From Rhynchobatus australiae (taxonomy: Eukaryota): a DNA stretch of 64,000 bases. Location: assembly GCA_034780895.1 (NCBI GenBank), contig JAUZTB010000078.1, positions 6,097,672 through 6,161,671 on the forward strand. Reading direction: 5' to 3'. The notes under the pieces are model-generated. The model was not told the origin of the DNA. It searched no databases and saw nothing but the letters and a program-made list of their open reading frames with translations. The position numbers were made by a program, and so were the translations under genes. Positions 63,131 through 64,000 of this stretch are shown here, piece after piece (the stretch's first letter is position 1; every line of letters begins with the position of its first letter).

Positions 63131-64000
63131 ACTGAAAAGGAATTTGATAGTGATCCTATAATTGAGAGTCTGGAAGACTAATGGAGTACTTCAGATTTTG
63201 TAGTTCAGCAAGCAAGACAACTTTGGAAATTTCATCTATTGAAGTGTTGGTTCAGATTTTTGTGGAAAAGCATTTTATGGTTCGTGTTATGAAAACGAGT
63301 TGTAAATATAAGAATCTACCTCAATGATCTGTTGTAAAGTGATAGTCTGCTTTAAAATTTAACTACCAGAACTACGTTTAACAACTTTGTTCCTTAAAAA
63401 TTTTACTGCTTGTCCACTCCTTCTGCTACCATTGGCTCCCATGCTTTCATGTCTCAGGCCTGATATCCAATATTTCTTTCCTATACCAGTCCCTTTTTAA
63501 ACCCTGCCTAAGTCTTTGATTAAGCTTTAATCGTATTCTAATACTACCCTTGAGCTTTGTATCCATTTTCTTATATTTAGTCATGCTTTTAAGAAGCATG
63601 TTCAAACATTTCATTCAGTTAAACGTTGTAATATAAAGTTGTAAATTGTTTCTTTGAACTTCAATGTATACTCACATAATATTTACCATCCAGAAATTTC
63701 TTCATTCATGCATCTTCCTGTTTTCATTCTTCTCAATTTCCAAATCAGGATTAGTTATCATACCTGTTTTATACTTCCATATCACAGATGTTGATGGTCA
63801 AAGATATCTTTCCCAAATAATTTAGCACAATCTATTAATGTAAAGGGACACTAGATCTAGGTGGAAAGTAGATGATTGCAGGTTTTGAATTTGGGAGCAT
63901 TGATATAGCACTTGGACAAATTAATGCAGTTAATTGTTTGGTGCTGGGATATACACCAGTTTTACTGGACTTTGTGTGTGTGTATATACAAGCAGTTGTC

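Noticed and set aside
47060-64000. Next long-isoform exon (MAPKSKKK-like) and CTD exons
   Set aside because: No convincing match found by eye; they presumably lie beyond the window or in a gap.

Overview
AT-rich vertebrate genomic DNA. The repeat content (CR1 relics, HE1-like V-SINEs, Deu-domain SINEs, Penelope-derived palindromes, Rex1/Babar tails) points to a cartilaginous fish, and the many 100-N gaps with overlapping flanks point to a short-read assembly. The whole window lies inside one + strand gene, the BET-family bromodomain gene brd4. Ten coding exons with GT-AG boundaries and consistent phases run from the C-terminal half of BD1 through motif A, BD2, NPS/motif B/BID and the ET domain (partly in a gap) to the SEED exon. 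The first coding exon and the exons for the long P/Q-rich CTD lie outside the window. The main discovery is a 120-nt frame-preserving exon at 37944-38063, absent from the ORF track. It encodes the post-ET coiled-coil (CC) module found in BRD2/BRD3/BRDT and missing from mammalian BRD4, here with a degenerated charge pattern. In addition, the SEED-exon donor reads through directly into a stop (DSETG*), followed by about 5.4 kb of TE-poor, 3'UTR-like sequence, which suggests a BRD2/3-like short isoform made by intronic polyadenylation. Intronic curiosities include a perfect 35-bp hairpin formed inside a CR1 relic, a double E-box hairpin near a splice acceptor, and an antisense solo LTR with a 4-bp TSD. 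All paralog comparisons are from recalled human protein sequences, not from a run alignment.
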